A program made the position numbers and the translations under genes. Below, one piece after another: positions 49,778 to 60,154 of a stretch of 64,000 nucleotides of DNA. The stretch covers positions 6,112,001-6,176,000 of the forward strand of contig OZ241867.1 in NCBI GenBank assembly GCA_965203175.1, in the 5' to 3' direction. The stretch comes from Candidatus Latescibacterota bacterium (GTDB taxonomy: Bacteria; Latescibacterota; UBA2968; UBA8231). Below the pieces are notes generated by a model. That model searched no databases and was not told where the DNA came from. It was given only the letters and a program-made list of their open reading frames with translations. The stretch's first letter is position 1, and the number at the start of each line of letters is the position of its first letter.

Positions 49778-52700
49778 ATGGTGTTTAGAGTACTTAGAAA
49801 TATCTTAACGGCGACAAAAATACTCTGGGTAGGTGCCTGTGGACTGGCGCTGCTGTTATTCTTGTGTACCGGTGCTTTTGCCCAAGAGGTTGAGGACTCG
49901 CCCGAACATCCCCGATTAGGTCCGCCGCGCCTGCTTTTGGACCAGCCCTATATAGGGCAATTCGGGCAGGAGTACTATCAGAACTACGGGTTTGAAGACT
50001 ACTCCAGACAACCCCCCACGACCAGCAACCTGCGCAACTTTTACAATTCACTGGGGGATCCGCTCCTGTACGGGACCGAGTCCATCCGCTGGGTGGAACG
50101 CCAAGGGTTGGGCGTGCGGCGCGGCTTCAGTTCCCAGTCAGAGCGTTTCTCGCATGGCCAAGCTCCCGGATCGAGTTATGGCAGTCTTTTCAATTATGTC
50201 ATTGTCGGCACCGACGGCACCGACGCTTGGCAGGCGCGGGCCATCTATGCCAACGAACTGCGCTCGAAATTTACGCCGCTCACATTTAAAATGGCCAATG
50301 TCGATGGCCTGAGAATCGACGTAGGTACGGAACAGGACAAGTTCTCGGCCATAGCCTCCAATTTGGTGCCCAACAATACTTTCATTGTCAATACCATGAT
50401 GCTGGGCACGCACTACGAACGCAAATTGGGCTTCCTCAATTTTGGCACCACCTTTCTCAACGCACACCAGTTCGAACCTCGCATGGAGAGCGGACACCGG
50501 ACACTTAAAGGCGTAGTAGGCGCAGTGCAGCGCTCGACCGCCCTAGTGGCCATCCGCATTTCGGATGGTTCGCCGCAGGACGGCAGCGGCGGTCCAGTGC
50601 TGCATGGGGTCAAGGTATTCGTCAACGGCATTCACAGGCCCGAAGCAGACCCCTTCGTCATCCGTCTGCGCGCGCGCGGCGCTGAGCGTCAAAGCTATAT
50701 GGCCGGTCTGCTGCGCAGCGGCGACCGTCGGCCTTTGCCGGAGTTGGACAACGACTACCAAGCCATCAATCGGGGGGCAGTATGGAACACCTACGATCCG
50801 TACATCAACTACGCCTCTTTTGACACCGATGTATTCTATCGGGGGTACGAGTTCCCCTTCTGGATTGATCATCTCTTCTACCGGGATTTCAAGCTCTACG
50901 GTGCCGATCATGTGCTCAACGCCGACGAGGAGATCAGCGTCAACTCCGAATTCGCCCACGAACTGAGCGAATTCGACCCCACGACCAACCCAGAAGGCCA
51001 GTTTCTCGGACTGCATACTCTGGCCGATCTACCACAGACGTTCGACGGTGAGGAGTACGGCATCCTCTATGTCGATCTGGAACCGTTCCAAGAACAGATC
51101 ACTTCGGTGAATATCGAACTAGCGCTGGCCAATGACTACCATGTCGAGGTGTCTGAGATCGACCTATCAGGCGAGGCCGGAGATATGCCCAATCCCAACT
51201 ACAGGGACCGCTACAATTATGCGACCTTTTTCCGCACTGTGGCCACAACACCGGGCAACCCGCAAGATGGCCGGGTTCGGACCGTGCGCGTCAAGGTGGG
51301 TGCCCCTACCGGCTTGAGCATCTATAGCGCCAATGTATACGGCGTTTTAAAGGGGTTTGAAATAAACGGCGAGTTCAGCCGCAGCAACAGCTTCTACCAA
51401 TATGCCAGCGGCATGCCCGCCCCGCGCGTACCCTCCGAAGCACTCAGCGTCAATGCCCTTAATCGCGAACAGTTTCCGGGGACCCGCTCCACCATCGCCG
51501 ACAATGCCTATTACTTGACGATTAAACGCGACTTCGACCGCTTGGGCTTGGGGGCTGAATTGTTTTCCATGGGCGCACTCTACAACACGGAGTTGCGTAC
51601 CTACATAGGCCGCAGTGAAAACAATTTCGGCAGCTTGGTTGCCTACAATAATGTGTACCTACACCGCCTAGTCGAGGACAACGACGACAACGACCGCTAT
51701 CCAGATAGTTGGTACACCAACAGACCGACCATATTCCAGGGGCAATCCGACATCGACGGCATCTTTCCCGGGCTTGATGAGGACCGAGACGGCATACCCG
51801 ATACCAACAGAAATTTCAATGGTACTCCGGATTACCTCGAACCGTTCCTCATGTACGATTCCGATCCCCAGGTCTACGACTACGGCCTTGATCTCAACCA
51901 CAATGACTTTATCGACGTACGCGAAAACGACATCCAGCCGGACCTCCCCTACGATCCCGGGTTGCGAGGCCGCCATCTGTACGGGACTTGCGAGCCCATC
52001 CACAGGGCGCGTATAACATTGGGAGTCATGGACGCGGAGCAAATTGCGGCCAATGACCCCAGCGATTTTTACTACGGCAATCTGGGATACGAGCGGCAGA
52101 TACCTGCGCTAGGTCAATTCTTTGGCGTGCTGTCGGTAGAACGAGTGGAAGATGGCGTAGCCGACCCCCTTAGCATCTACAGCGACGAGGTGCTCACCCC
52201 TGCCCAGCAACTTGATCGCGAATTTGCCGGTTTACAGCGCAATATACAGCTCTCCCCTTTCTTGGAGGAACCGCGAGACGATCCACTGCTGTTCAAGAAC
52301 AGCACCTACACCCGGATGTTCGTCGATGCCCGCTGGAAGGCCGTGCCAAACCTGAAAGTCCACAACAAAGTCAAGTACGAGATCAATTCGCAGCACGAAG
52401 GCGAACTCTACGATGGCACCTTCCAACAAGGCAATCGCTTGTCTCGTCTAACCATGGTCCACAAGGCGGATTACCTGTGGCAGATAAGGCCTCGACTCGG
52501 TTTATTTTCCGGTCTTAAGTTTCGCTATCTCAAAGAGCGGCAAAAAACAGATGACCTGACCACGGCGCAAGAGCGCCATATCATCCCGCTGCTGAAACTG
52601 CAGTACGAACTGACGCTGAGGACGCGTTTCCAGCTCGGTATTCAAGGGCTTGGCATGGCTTTGCCTTATTCTGTGACCGATGAAATACAGCCAATAAACG

Positions 52701-52891
52701 ACTTTGAACAGTACGACGCAGTGTTGATGATGACGAACAATTCCCAGTATTTCGGTTACATCATTTCCACCAACGCGGGCATCGGTCGCCGCGTCAAGAA
52801 ATTCGACGATCCAACTCGGGGTGAGACAAAGGACGAAGATTTCACCTCCGCTTTTATTAATGTGATCCTAGGATTCGTAGATGAAACCTAA
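49778..52891 (+). CDS. Large exported hypothetical protein, putative outer-membrane beta-barrel, paralogue 3
   Basis: RBS GAGGT; signal peptide AFA|Q; EDNDDNDRYPD, GIFPGLD, DVRENDIQPDLPY, NNSQYFGY. Confidence 0.75.
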   Translation: MVFRVLRNILTATKILWVGACGLALLLFLCTGAFAQEVEDSPEHPRLGPPRLLLDQPYIGQFGQEYYQNYGFEDYSRQPPTTSNLRNFYNSLGDPLLYGTESIRWVERQGLGVRRGFSSQSERFSHGQAPGSSYGSLFNYVIVGTDGTDAWQARAIYANELRSKFTPLTFKMANVDGLRIDVGTEQDKFSAIASNLVPNNTFIVNTMMLGTHYERKLGFLNFGTTFLNAHQFEPRMESGHRTLKGVVGAVQRSTALVAIRISDGSPQDGSGGPVLHGVKVFVNGIHRPEADPFVIRLRARGAERQSYMAGLLRSGDRRPLPELDNDYQAINRGAVWNTYDPYINYASFDTDVFYRGYEFPFWIDHLFYRDFKLYGADHVLNADEEISVNSEFAHELSEFDPTTNPEGQFLGLHTLADLPQTFDGEEYGILYVDLEPFQEQITSVNIELALANDYHVEVSEIDLSGEAGDMPNPNYRDRYNYATFFRTVATTPGNPQDGRVRTVRVKVGAPTGLSIYSANVYGVLKGFEINGEFSRSNSFYQYASGMPAPRVPSEALSVNALNREQFPGTRSTIADNAYYLTIKRDFDRLGLGAELFSMGALYNTELRTYIGRSENNFGSLVAYNNVYLHRLVEDNDDNDRYPDSWYTNRPTIFQGQSDIDGIFPGLDEDRDGIPDTNRNFNGTPDYLEPFLMYDSDPQVYDYGLDLNHNDFIDVRENDIQPDLPYDPGLRGRHLYGTCEPIHRARITLGVMDAEQIAANDPSDFYYGNLGYERQIPALGQFFGVLSVERVEDGVADPLSIYSDEVLTPAQQLDREFAGLQRNIQLSPFLEEPRDDPLLFKNSTYTRMFVDARWKAVPNLKVHNKVKYEINSQHEGELYDGTFQQGNRLSRLTMVHKADYLWQIRPRLGLFSGLKFRYLKERQKTDDLTTAQERHIIPLLKLQYELTLRTRFQLGIQGLGMALPYSVTDEIQPINDFEQYDAVLMMTNNSQYFGYIISTNAGIGRRVKKFDDPTRGETKDEDFTSAFINVILGFVDET

Positions 52892-52916
52892 TCGGCAGTT
52901 TGGGAGATAAAGCGCT

Positions 52917-55900
52917 ATGAATCTGACCCTAATAGTAGGCTTGCTCACTATAGCCGGAGCGTACTTTGCCGCCCGTACGCCGAGCGAAGAAGAACTGGTG
53001 GCCTCATTTCAAGAAGCCCAGCGGTTCTATGCCGAAGGTGCCTATGACCAAGCTATTGTAGAATACACGGCCGTTACTCGGGTGCAGAGCAAGGTCCTAA
53101 CTGTCCAGAACATAGAGGTGATGGTTGGTGAGGAACGTTTCCCCCTCAGGGATGCTGCGCTCTACCAAATCGGCAACGCCCATTCAAAGCTCTATCAGGA
53201 CTACACCCGCTTTGCGGAAGAGACTCCTAACGACGAAAAAAGGGCTGAATACCAAGCCCTGTCAGATAGCACTTTTGCCCGGGCTGTGGCCGAATTCCGC
53301 CACGTGATCGAAACAGCTACCAGTCAGGTGCTCCGGATTCGGGCCCACAGCCGACTCATTGATCTTTTTTTTACGGCTAAAGCCTATCCCGAAGTGATCG
53401 CCGCATCCCAAGAGATGATCGCCAACTATCCCAACAGTTCCCAAATAGCGAATGCTTACTACAACACGGGATGGGCCCACTACGAGACCAAAAACTATGA
53501 TCGCGCCATCCAATCTTTTGAGGCCCTGCTGGTGCGCTTTTCTACCGGCTACCAGTCCGATCGCAGCCTCTTTCAAATTGGCGAGTGCTATCGGGAACAG
53601 GGGGATTGTCTGCGGGCTATCGGCTACTACCGCCGCTTAGTGGAGCGCCAGCGCATCGAAACGCTCACCGAAGATGAACTGTTGCAGATGAAGCGAGAAA
53701 AGATGGCGGGTCTGGTGGATGAGACAGCCCTGGAACTGGCGGCCAAGGCCATGATTCGCGTCGGGAGCTGTTACGCCCAGTTGGGCAGTTTCGCGGAAGG
53801 GCTCCAAGCCTATCATCGCGTCATTGACCTATTCAGCACCGAGCGCAGTCTGGTAGAAGAAGCCTATTTGCGCATGGCCGACCTGTATCGGGAACAGGGG
53901 AACCTAGATGCGGCGCTGCAGACCTATCGCGAAGCCATCGATCAGTCGCAAGACCGCACCCTAAAAGCGCGCATCCAGTATGCCCTTGCCGAACGCCTGT
54001 TTAGTCAGGAGCTTTACGAGCAGGCGATTCAAGAATACCGGATTTATCTCCAAGGCTACGGCGACATCGCGCGAGTGGCCGGTTTTAGCCAAGATCGCGT
54101 GCGCTACCGAATCGGCAGCAGCCATCAACAGTTAGGTCAACAGTATCTGGAGGCGGGCAACAGACCAGCGGCCACTGGGCAGTTAGAGCACGCCATTGCC
54201 CAGTACGACACTTTGTACGACGCTGCTGGTTCCTACGTCCTAGATTCCCAGTTCAACCGCGCCCTAGCCCATCAAGCATTAGCCACCGCTTCATCGGTAG
54301 CGTACGCCCGCACCGCGTACGAAACGATTATCCAAGAGGACCAAGAAGCAGGCTATACCCAACGGGCACTGGTACAACTAGCCGAGCTGCTATTTGAGCA
54401 GGGCCAGTATGCCGATGCGGCCGAACAGGCGGAGCAGTTGTTGCGCACTTATGTAGACAGTGAATTCACAAACGAAGCCCTGATGCGTTTGGCTCTTTCC
54501 CGCCAGGCCGAAGGGGACCTGGACCAGGCCGGCGTCGCCTTCCTGCGGGTCGCTCCAGAGTCGCCCTATTTTGTTCAAGCGCGTATAGGCGGCGGGCATG
54601 TCTTTTTGACACAGGGTACGCACTCTGAGGCCATAGCCGCCCTCGAACCGGCTTTTGACCAAATAGAGGATGAAAAACAGCTTGGCAGCTATCACTATTT
54701 GCTGGGGCAGGCTTATAGCGGACAGGAAGAATATCGTCGGGCGATCACTCATTTTACCGAGGCTTTGGGACTGTCGCTAGATAGCAAACTAGTAGAGGCC
54801 CTCCACTTGAGTCGCAGCAATGCCGCCTTTGCCGTGGAGGACTACCAACAAGGTGAGCAAGATCTGCACTGGATCATTGAGAACGTGGAGGAGGAGGAAA
54901 AAGTCCGCTTTGCCCGCAATGCGCTAGCGTTTTCTTATATCAAACAGAACCGGGGCGGAGATGCGGTCCAAGTGTTGGATGAAATGGTCGCCCAAGCCGA
55001 TGGCCCGAAGGAAAAGGCAGACCTGCTCAATCGCATGATGGATCTCCACTACGACCAAGACAACTATCCGCAGACAGTGCGCACAGCCCGGCAACTGCTG
55101 ACCCTAGACTTTGCCGACGAAAGCGCCTCCGGAGCGAACGGCATTCAGGAAAAAGCCTATTTCATCTTAGGAGACGCATTGTTGCGTTTGGGACGGAACG
55201 CAGAGGCTATTGACGTTTTTAACCAAGCGCTGAACGCATATCCGAATTCACGCTTTGCTCAGGATATGCAGTTGGCTCTCGGCACACACTATTTTTCTCA
55301 GGAGAAGCTCGACCGGGCCGTAGAGATATTCACCCAATTAAAGGACACCAAGCTGAATCCAGAGAAGGCCCTGTTGGTTTCGTTTTATCTGGCTAACGCC
55401 CACTATAGCCTGCGTGAATTCGCGCAAGCACAGGTGCTTTTCCAGCAGCTATTAGCAGATTACCCCAATGCACGCGAACTGCCCGATATTCTCTTCGGGC
55501 TAGCGGAAAGCTTTTACCAACAAGGTCAATACGCAGAGGCCATCGTCTACTACCAGCGCCTCCTCGGCGAATTCCCAGACGAGCCTTCCGCCGACGACTC
55601 CCAGTACAACATGGCCTGGTGCCTTATCGAGCTCAAGCGCGAAAAGCAAGCCATGCAGGCATTCCGCACGCTGCTAGCGCGTTATCCCCAGAGCGAGTTC
55701 GCCGCTTCGGTTCAGTTCACCTTCGGAGATTACGCGTACAATCGCGGCGACTACCAGGAGGCAATGCGGTTATACTTACTCGTGCAGGAACGTTTTCCCA
55801 CTGCTGAGGTGGCGTCTCAGGTACCCCGGCTGGTCGCCGAACTCAGGGAGGCCATCGCGTATGAACGCTACGAACAAGGCATCGCCCTGATGGACTCGGC

Positions 55901-56159
55901 CGAAGTGACCAAGGAAACTCAATACTATCAACAGGCCGTGGAGATTTTTCAGGATGTGATCGACAATTATCCCGGCACCGAGAGCGAAGTCGGCGCGCTG
56001 AGCAATATGGGAGTCTGCTTAGAGGGGCTGGGGAAATGGCAGCAGGCCGTAGAAGTGTACGACCGCGTGATTCAATTGTTCGAGGATAAACGCGCCACTA
56101 GGGATGCCTTTCTATTTGCCCAATCCCACCGGGATTGGATCATCTCCACCCGGCTCTGA
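52917..56159 (+). CDS. Large tetratricopeptide-repeat protein (CpoB/BamD-like repeats), N-terminally anchored or exported
   Basis: Hydrophobic N-terminus; many TPRs (AYYNTGWAHY, SLFQIGECY, SQYNMAWCL, VQFTFGDYAY). Confidence 0.9.
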   Translation: MNLTLIVGLLTIAGAYFAARTPSEEELVASFQEAQRFYAEGAYDQAIVEYTAVTRVQSKVLTVQNIEVMVGEERFPLRDAALYQIGNAHSKLYQDYTRFAEETPNDEKRAEYQALSDSTFARAVAEFRHVIETATSQVLRIRAHSRLIDLFFTAKAYPEVIAASQEMIANYPNSSQIANAYYNTGWAHYETKNYDRAIQSFEALLVRFSTGYQSDRSLFQIGECYREQGDCLRAIGYYRRLVERQRIETLTEDELLQMKREKMAGLVDETALELAAKAMIRVGSCYAQLGSFAEGLQAYHRVIDLFSTERSLVEEAYLRMADLYREQGNLDAALQTYREAIDQSQDRTLKARIQYALAERLFSQELYEQAIQEYRIYLQGYGDIARVAGFSQDRVRYRIGSSHQQLGQQYLEAGNRPAATGQLEHAIAQYDTLYDAAGSYVLDSQFNRALAHQALATASSVAYARTAYETIIQEDQEAGYTQRALVQLAELLFEQGQYADAAEQAEQLLRTYVDSEFTNEALMRLALSRQAEGDLDQAGVAFLRVAPESPYFVQARIGGGHVFLTQGTHSEAIAALEPAFDQIEDEKQLGSYHYLLGQAYSGQEEYRRAITHFTEALGLSLDSKLVEALHLSRSNAAFAVEDYQQGEQDLHWIIENVEEEEKVRFARNALAFSYIKQNRGGDAVQVLDEMVAQADGPKEKADLLNRMMDLHYDQDNYPQTVRTARQLLTLDFADESASGANGIQEKAYFILGDALLRLGRNAEAIDVFNQALNAYPNSRFAQDMQLALGTHYFSQEKLDRAVEIFTQLKDTKLNPEKALLVSFYLANAHYSLREFAQAQVLFQQLLADYPNARELPDILFGLAESFYQQGQYAEAIVYYQRLLGEFPDEPSADDSQYNMAWCLIELKREKQAMQAFRTLLARYPQSEFAASVQFTFGDYAYNRGDYQEAMRLYLLVQERFPTAEVASQVPRLVAELREAIAYERYEQGIALMDSAEVTKETQYYQQAVEIFQDVIDNYPGTESEVGALSNMGVCLEGLGKWQQAVEVYDRVIQLFEDKRATRDAFLFAQSHRDWIISTRL

Positions 56160-56177
56160 GTGGAAGGTCGCATAACA

Positions 56178-56738
56178 ATGGAAATGCGTTTCAAACAACG
56201 CTGGCACTTCGTTATTCTGGGTAGTGCCTTGATACTGGCCTCTAGCCAGCTTCTCCATGCCCAAGCAGGGACGGATAACCAGCCCAAGGCGACCGCTATA
56301 TCTCATTCTCAGGCCATCGCCCTTTCGGTCGCCTTTCCGGGTTTGGGACAACTGGCTGCTGGGCATCGAATCAAGGGCACGGCACTAGTGGCAACCGGTA
56401 TCGCAACTATAGTGGGGTGGCTCACATCGCACGCTGATTACAATACGCAGACCAATCAGTTTGCCTTAGAAAAAGAACGCTATCTTTCGCTGCAAAACGG
56501 AGGCTCCTTTGACGCGGCGGAAAAAAGCTGGCGACGGCTCGGCAACTTAAAATCCGATCTGGACGGCTCCCATATCCGTCGCCGCTTATTCGGCGTCTTA
56601 GCCGTGGGTGTCTACGGCTACAATTTGCTCGATGTCCTGCTGTTAGATGGAGCGTCTCCCGCTGCGAAGCGGCGAATGCGCATCGCGCCATTGCCACAGA
56701 CCAGAACATCAGGCGTCTTACTGGTTGCCCAGTTTTAG
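56178..56738 (+). CDS. DUF5683-like membrane or exported protein
   Basis: Signal peptide; ALSVAFPGLGQL; VYGYNLLDV; C-terminal ...LLVAQF. Confidence 0.65.
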   Translation: MEMRFKQRWHFVILGSALILASSQLLHAQAGTDNQPKATAISHSQAIALSVAFPGLGQLAAGHRIKGTALVATGIATIVGWLTSHADYNTQTNQFALEKERYLSLQNGGSFDAAEKSWRRLGNLKSDLDGSHIRRRLFGVLAVGVYGYNLLDVLLLDGASPAAKRRMRIAPLPQTRTSGVLLVAQF

Positions 56739-56762
56739 CATCTGGTCTAGGAGAAACTGGAT

Positions 56763-57134
56763 ATGGAAACCCGAATTTATCTCTTACTCGGTCTGCTGAT
56801 CTGGGGGTGCAGCAACGACACGGAACTACCTATGCAATACCATCGGGGATATCTTGCGCAGCCTACCAATGTGGAAGCGGTAGCCGAAGAAGACAAGATT
56901 ATGGTTTCATGGCATCTGGATTCAGCAGCCAATGTGTCCGGTTTTGTCATTAGCTTCACCGATTCGATTGGAGTCGTGCAAACGCGCTCGTTGGAAGATA
57001 CAGAGGCGAGGTCCTATGAGGAGACAGACCTAGATCTGAGCCCAGGAGTCTGGTATCTGATCCAGGTGTGGGCGGTGGATGCCCGCCTATTTTTCGGACC
57101 GCGCTCGGCAGTAGATACGTTGGCGGTTTTTTAA
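56763..57134 (+). CDS. Small lipoprotein with fibronectin type III-like domain
   Basis: Lipobox LIWG|C; PTNVEAV...VSW...LSPGVWYLIQVWAVD. Confidence 0.78.
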   Translation: METRIYLLLGLLIWGCSNDTELPMQYHRGYLAQPTNVEAVAEEDKIMVSWHLDSAANVSGFVISFTDSIGVVQTRSLEDTEARSYEETDLDLSPGVWYLIQVWAVDARLFFGPRSAVDTLAVF

Positions 57135-57175
57135 ACTGCCTCTTCCGAGCATGAACTTAGCAGGAGTGGCGTAGT

Positions 57176-58411
57176 ATGGTCTCAGACCTAGGCCGTTTTC
57201 AAGCGCCAAGTGATCAGTTAAACTTTAACCGCCTCCTGCGGGAAACCCTCAAATACACCGTCTGGGGGTTACTCATCGGTGCGGGACTGATCGCCGGGGT
57301 CTTCGTCTATTGGCTATTGAGTGTCGAGGAGCGCGACGCGCCGGAACCGGCGTTGACCCGACTCATCATTCGCAAACCTAGGGCGACCAAGACTTTTGCG
57401 CTCAAGCGTCAACGGCTCCGGCCACGAGCCCTCACCAAACAGGTCACGGCACTCAAGCCGCGGCTGTCCACGCCGGCGGCTCCGCGCCTCAAAGGCTCCA
57501 GTGTTTTCGGCAATGTCCAGACGTTCGAATACGCCCTGCAAGCAGACGTGCCAATCAACCTGAAGACTAGCTCCATCGAATTGTCCGCTGCTAAGATCAC
57601 CGGCACCAAAGATCCGGAGAAGCGCATTGCCATGCGCGAGGAATTGATCGATCTGAACGCGCTGGATACGGGTAAATACAAGGGTCTCATCATCCAGGAC
57701 CCGACCGACCGCCGCAAAGTCAAGGGGTTCGTCTATCTGGGTACGGCTTGGGCCAACGACCTAAAGCCAACGTTTGACAGCGCTGCCAAGGCCATCCCCA
57801 ACCTAGTCGACGCCCTCAACGAACAGACGGGCATCTCGGCCAGAGTGGACGCGCATTTATTTATCGATTCTCAAGAACTGTTTCGCACGCCTTTTGTATA
57901 TATCACCGCTACTGAGGCCTTTGAACTGACGGAACGCGAACTAGAGAATCTAGGGAAATATTTGCGGCAGGGCGGGTTCATCTTCGTCGACAATGCCAAT
58001 CCCACCACAGAATTCAGTCAGGGGGAGGCGTCTCTGCGACGCATCTTCCGCGGTGCCTTAGGGGCGCAAGGCCAACTGCGGCCCATTTCCAACAACCATC
58101 CGATCTACCACACCTTTTACGATTTTGACGGCCCGCCAGTGGGTTCCGAACTGGAGATTCCCAGCTTCTCCGAACAGCGCAGCCTTGACCACTTAGTCAT
58201 CGCCGAGCAATCGTATTACCTAGAGGGTGTTTTCCTAGATGATCGCCTGGTAGCCATGTACTCCGACAAGGGATACGTCCATACTTGGGCACGCAATTAC
58301 GGCAATGAACCACAGTTGCGATTTGGCATCAATGCCGTCATTTTTGCCCTGACGCAGGAAGGATCTATCGCCCAGCAGCAGATTGATTTCTTCAGTCAAC
58401 GGGGCCAATAA
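57176..58411 (+). CDS. Membrane-anchored DUF4159 protein
   Basis: TM helix, K/R/P-rich linker, then PFVYIT, LGKYLRQGGFIFVDN, NHPIYHTFYDF, GINAVIFALT. Confidence 0.85.
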   Translation: MVSDLGRFQAPSDQLNFNRLLRETLKYTVWGLLIGAGLIAGVFVYWLLSVEERDAPEPALTRLIIRKPRATKTFALKRQRLRPRALTKQVTALKPRLSTPAAPRLKGSSVFGNVQTFEYALQADVPINLKTSSIELSAAKITGTKDPEKRIAMREELIDLNALDTGKYKGLIIQDPTDRRKVKGFVYLGTAWANDLKPTFDSAAKAIPNLVDALNEQTGISARVDAHLFIDSQELFRTPFVYITATEAFELTERELENLGKYLRQGGFIFVDNANPTTEFSQGEASLRRIFRGALGAQGQLRPISNNHPIYHTFYDFDGPPVGSELEIPSFSEQRSLDHLVIAEQSYYLEGVFLDDRLVAMYSDKGYVHTWARNYGNEPQLRFGINAVIFALTQEGSIAQQQIDFFSQRGQ

Positions 58412-58419
58412 GAGAGGTA

Positions 58420-59178
58420 ATGGCCATGCATTTGGGAATTATGCTAATGTTATTCGCGTCCGGCTGTAGCTTTTTTATTCCGCCGACCATTCTGTACAAA
58501 AACGAGCTGATACCCCGTTCTTCCCAAGGCGCTGAGGAACAGTATCTCGTGGGTGACGATGGGTCGGTCGCGTATGCTATAGAGGGCCTGCGCGTCAAGG
58601 TGGAACCGATGACGGATGATCAATTGAATGCACTGTTGCCCGAGGATTCGAGCAAAGGGAAGTTCTCGACGAATCCCTACACCTACGGCAATTGGATTGA
58701 TCCACTGTTGGGTTACCGGCCCAAGCGTTTTACGGTTTTTCGCGTTACGGTTATCAACGATATCTATGCCAAAGTCCTGCTCGATCCAATCAAAGCGCTG
58801 CTCTATACCGACCAGGGCGAGGCCCTGCATTCCTATGGTCTGCCATCTTTTTCGCCGCACAAAAGTTTTGAGCGCTACTACCGAGCCATTCGGGGTCAGA
58901 GCGGCAACGAATTTTATCGCTTTGACCTGCGCATGGGCAATGCGCGTAGCACGGCCTATATAGAAAACCAAAAGGTGTTCAAAGGAGAGAAATATTCAGG
59001 GCTCATCGCCTTCGATCCACTAAACGAGGAAGTCAGCCAAGTGCGCCTAGTGCTCAAAGATTTTGTCCTGAAATTCGACGCCTCCGGACAGCCGCTGGAA
59101 ACCGTGGATATCGCCCTCGAGTTCGATCAAAAGATCGCAACCGAGAAAGTGCGGCAAGCGGAGGCCACGAACAGGTAG
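58420..59178 (+). CDS. Hypothetical lipoprotein
   Basis: Lipobox FASG|C; NPYTYGNWIDP, FTVFRVTVIN, YSGLIAF (Ig-like). Confidence 0.75.
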   Translation: MAMHLGIMLMLFASGCSFFIPPTILYKNELIPRSSQGAEEQYLVGDDGSVAYAIEGLRVKVEPMTDDQLNALLPEDSSKGKFSTNPYTYGNWIDPLLGYRPKRFTVFRVTVINDIYAKVLLDPIKALLYTDQGEALHSYGLPSFSPHKSFERYYRAIRGQSGNEFYRFDLRMGNARSTAYIENQKVFKGEKYSGLIAFDPLNEEVSQVRLVLKDFVLKFDASGQPLETVDIALEFDQKIATEKVRQAEATNR

Positions 59179-59186
59179 CCAACCCA

Positions 59187-60122
59187 TTGCGTTTGCTAAC
59201 CATTTTATTCTTTTGCACTTGGGTAGGTCCCAACCTCCTGGTGCTCGACGTGGCAATCGCTGCCGAGGGGCCGCTGCCGACCTTGCGCCTTGCCCTGCTC
59301 GATTTTGAAGACCGGGCCGGCTTTCAGGCGGAATGGCATTTGTCTAGGGATGTACCCGATTTGCTGGGTCGATATCTGGATGCAGACGATGCGGTCTCTG
59401 TCATTCTGCCAAAAGAAGTAGAGGCCGTTCAACTAAACAAACAGTTCGAAAAATACCAGGGCATTGACCGGGCTGTGCGGTTAGGGCAATTCTTGGATGC
59501 CGACGTGGTCATTACCGGTGTCGTGGAGAAGATGGGCATGCGCCGAGTGACAGTGGGGAATCCCAATCTGGCTGGCTATAAATCCTACAATTCAGTGATC
59601 CACCTCAGCCAAGTACAGCTAATCAGAGTGGCGACCGGAAAAATAGTCGAGACCTTTGAAACGCGCAGAGACTCCACGGAAAAGTCGTACGGCCTAGATC
59701 TGTTCGGCCGGCCGCGCCAACAGGATCGGATATTCCGCGAACTCTTCAAGGTTGACTTCGGTTCCGAGCGTTTTTTTGATTTGACCTTTGGCAAACTCGT
59801 CGATGTCGCTTTCAGAGACCTCAGCAGCCAAATGATTACGAGTCTGACGGAGCGCCCCCCCATCGACCTTTCCGGCGAGCAGGCCCAGGTCCTAGCGGTC
59901 GAAGCCGACGAGGTGTATCTAGGCATCGGCATTTTGGATCGCGTCGAGTACGGCGATGTCCTGCCGCTGTATGATAAAGAGGTCCGAATTGCTCTAGTCA
60001 GAGTGCATCAGCTCATCGGGCCGCACTTATGCAAGGCCGAGGTTGTTGAGAAATTCGGTGTCATTGACACTGGTTTGCGCATAGGACAGCGCTTATCTAG
60101 AAACGCCAAAGAAGACGATTAA
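59187..60122 (+). CDS. CsgG/HfaB-like domain plus FlgT_C-like domain, exported
   Basis: LALLDFEDRAG, AVRLGQFLDADVVITG (CsgG/TolB_N-like); QVLAVEADEVYLGIG...VEYGDVL...IALVRV (FlgT C-terminal-like). Confidence 0.65.
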   Translation: MRLLTILFFCTWVGPNLLVLDVAIAAEGPLPTLRLALLDFEDRAGFQAEWHLSRDVPDLLGRYLDADDAVSVILPKEVEAVQLNKQFEKYQGIDRAVRLGQFLDADVVITGVVEKMGMRRVTVGNPNLAGYKSYNSVIHLSQVQLIRVATGKIVETFETRRDSTEKSYGLDLFGRPRQQDRIFRELFKVDFGSERFFDLTFGKLVDVAFRDLSSQMITSLTERPPIDLSGEQAQVLAVEADEVYLGIGILDRVEYGDVLPLYDKEVRIALVRVHQLIGPHLCKAEVVEKFGVIDTGLRIGQRLSRNAKEDD

Positions 60123-60154
60123 AACTTTTCTCTTGCCAACAAGGAGCGATAGCC

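Noticed and set aside
44284-52891. SusC/TonB-dependent receptors or T9SS SprA
   Set aside because: No plug-domain motifs, no terminal Phe, no SusD neighbour, and far shorter than SprA; only structure prediction can exclude this fully.
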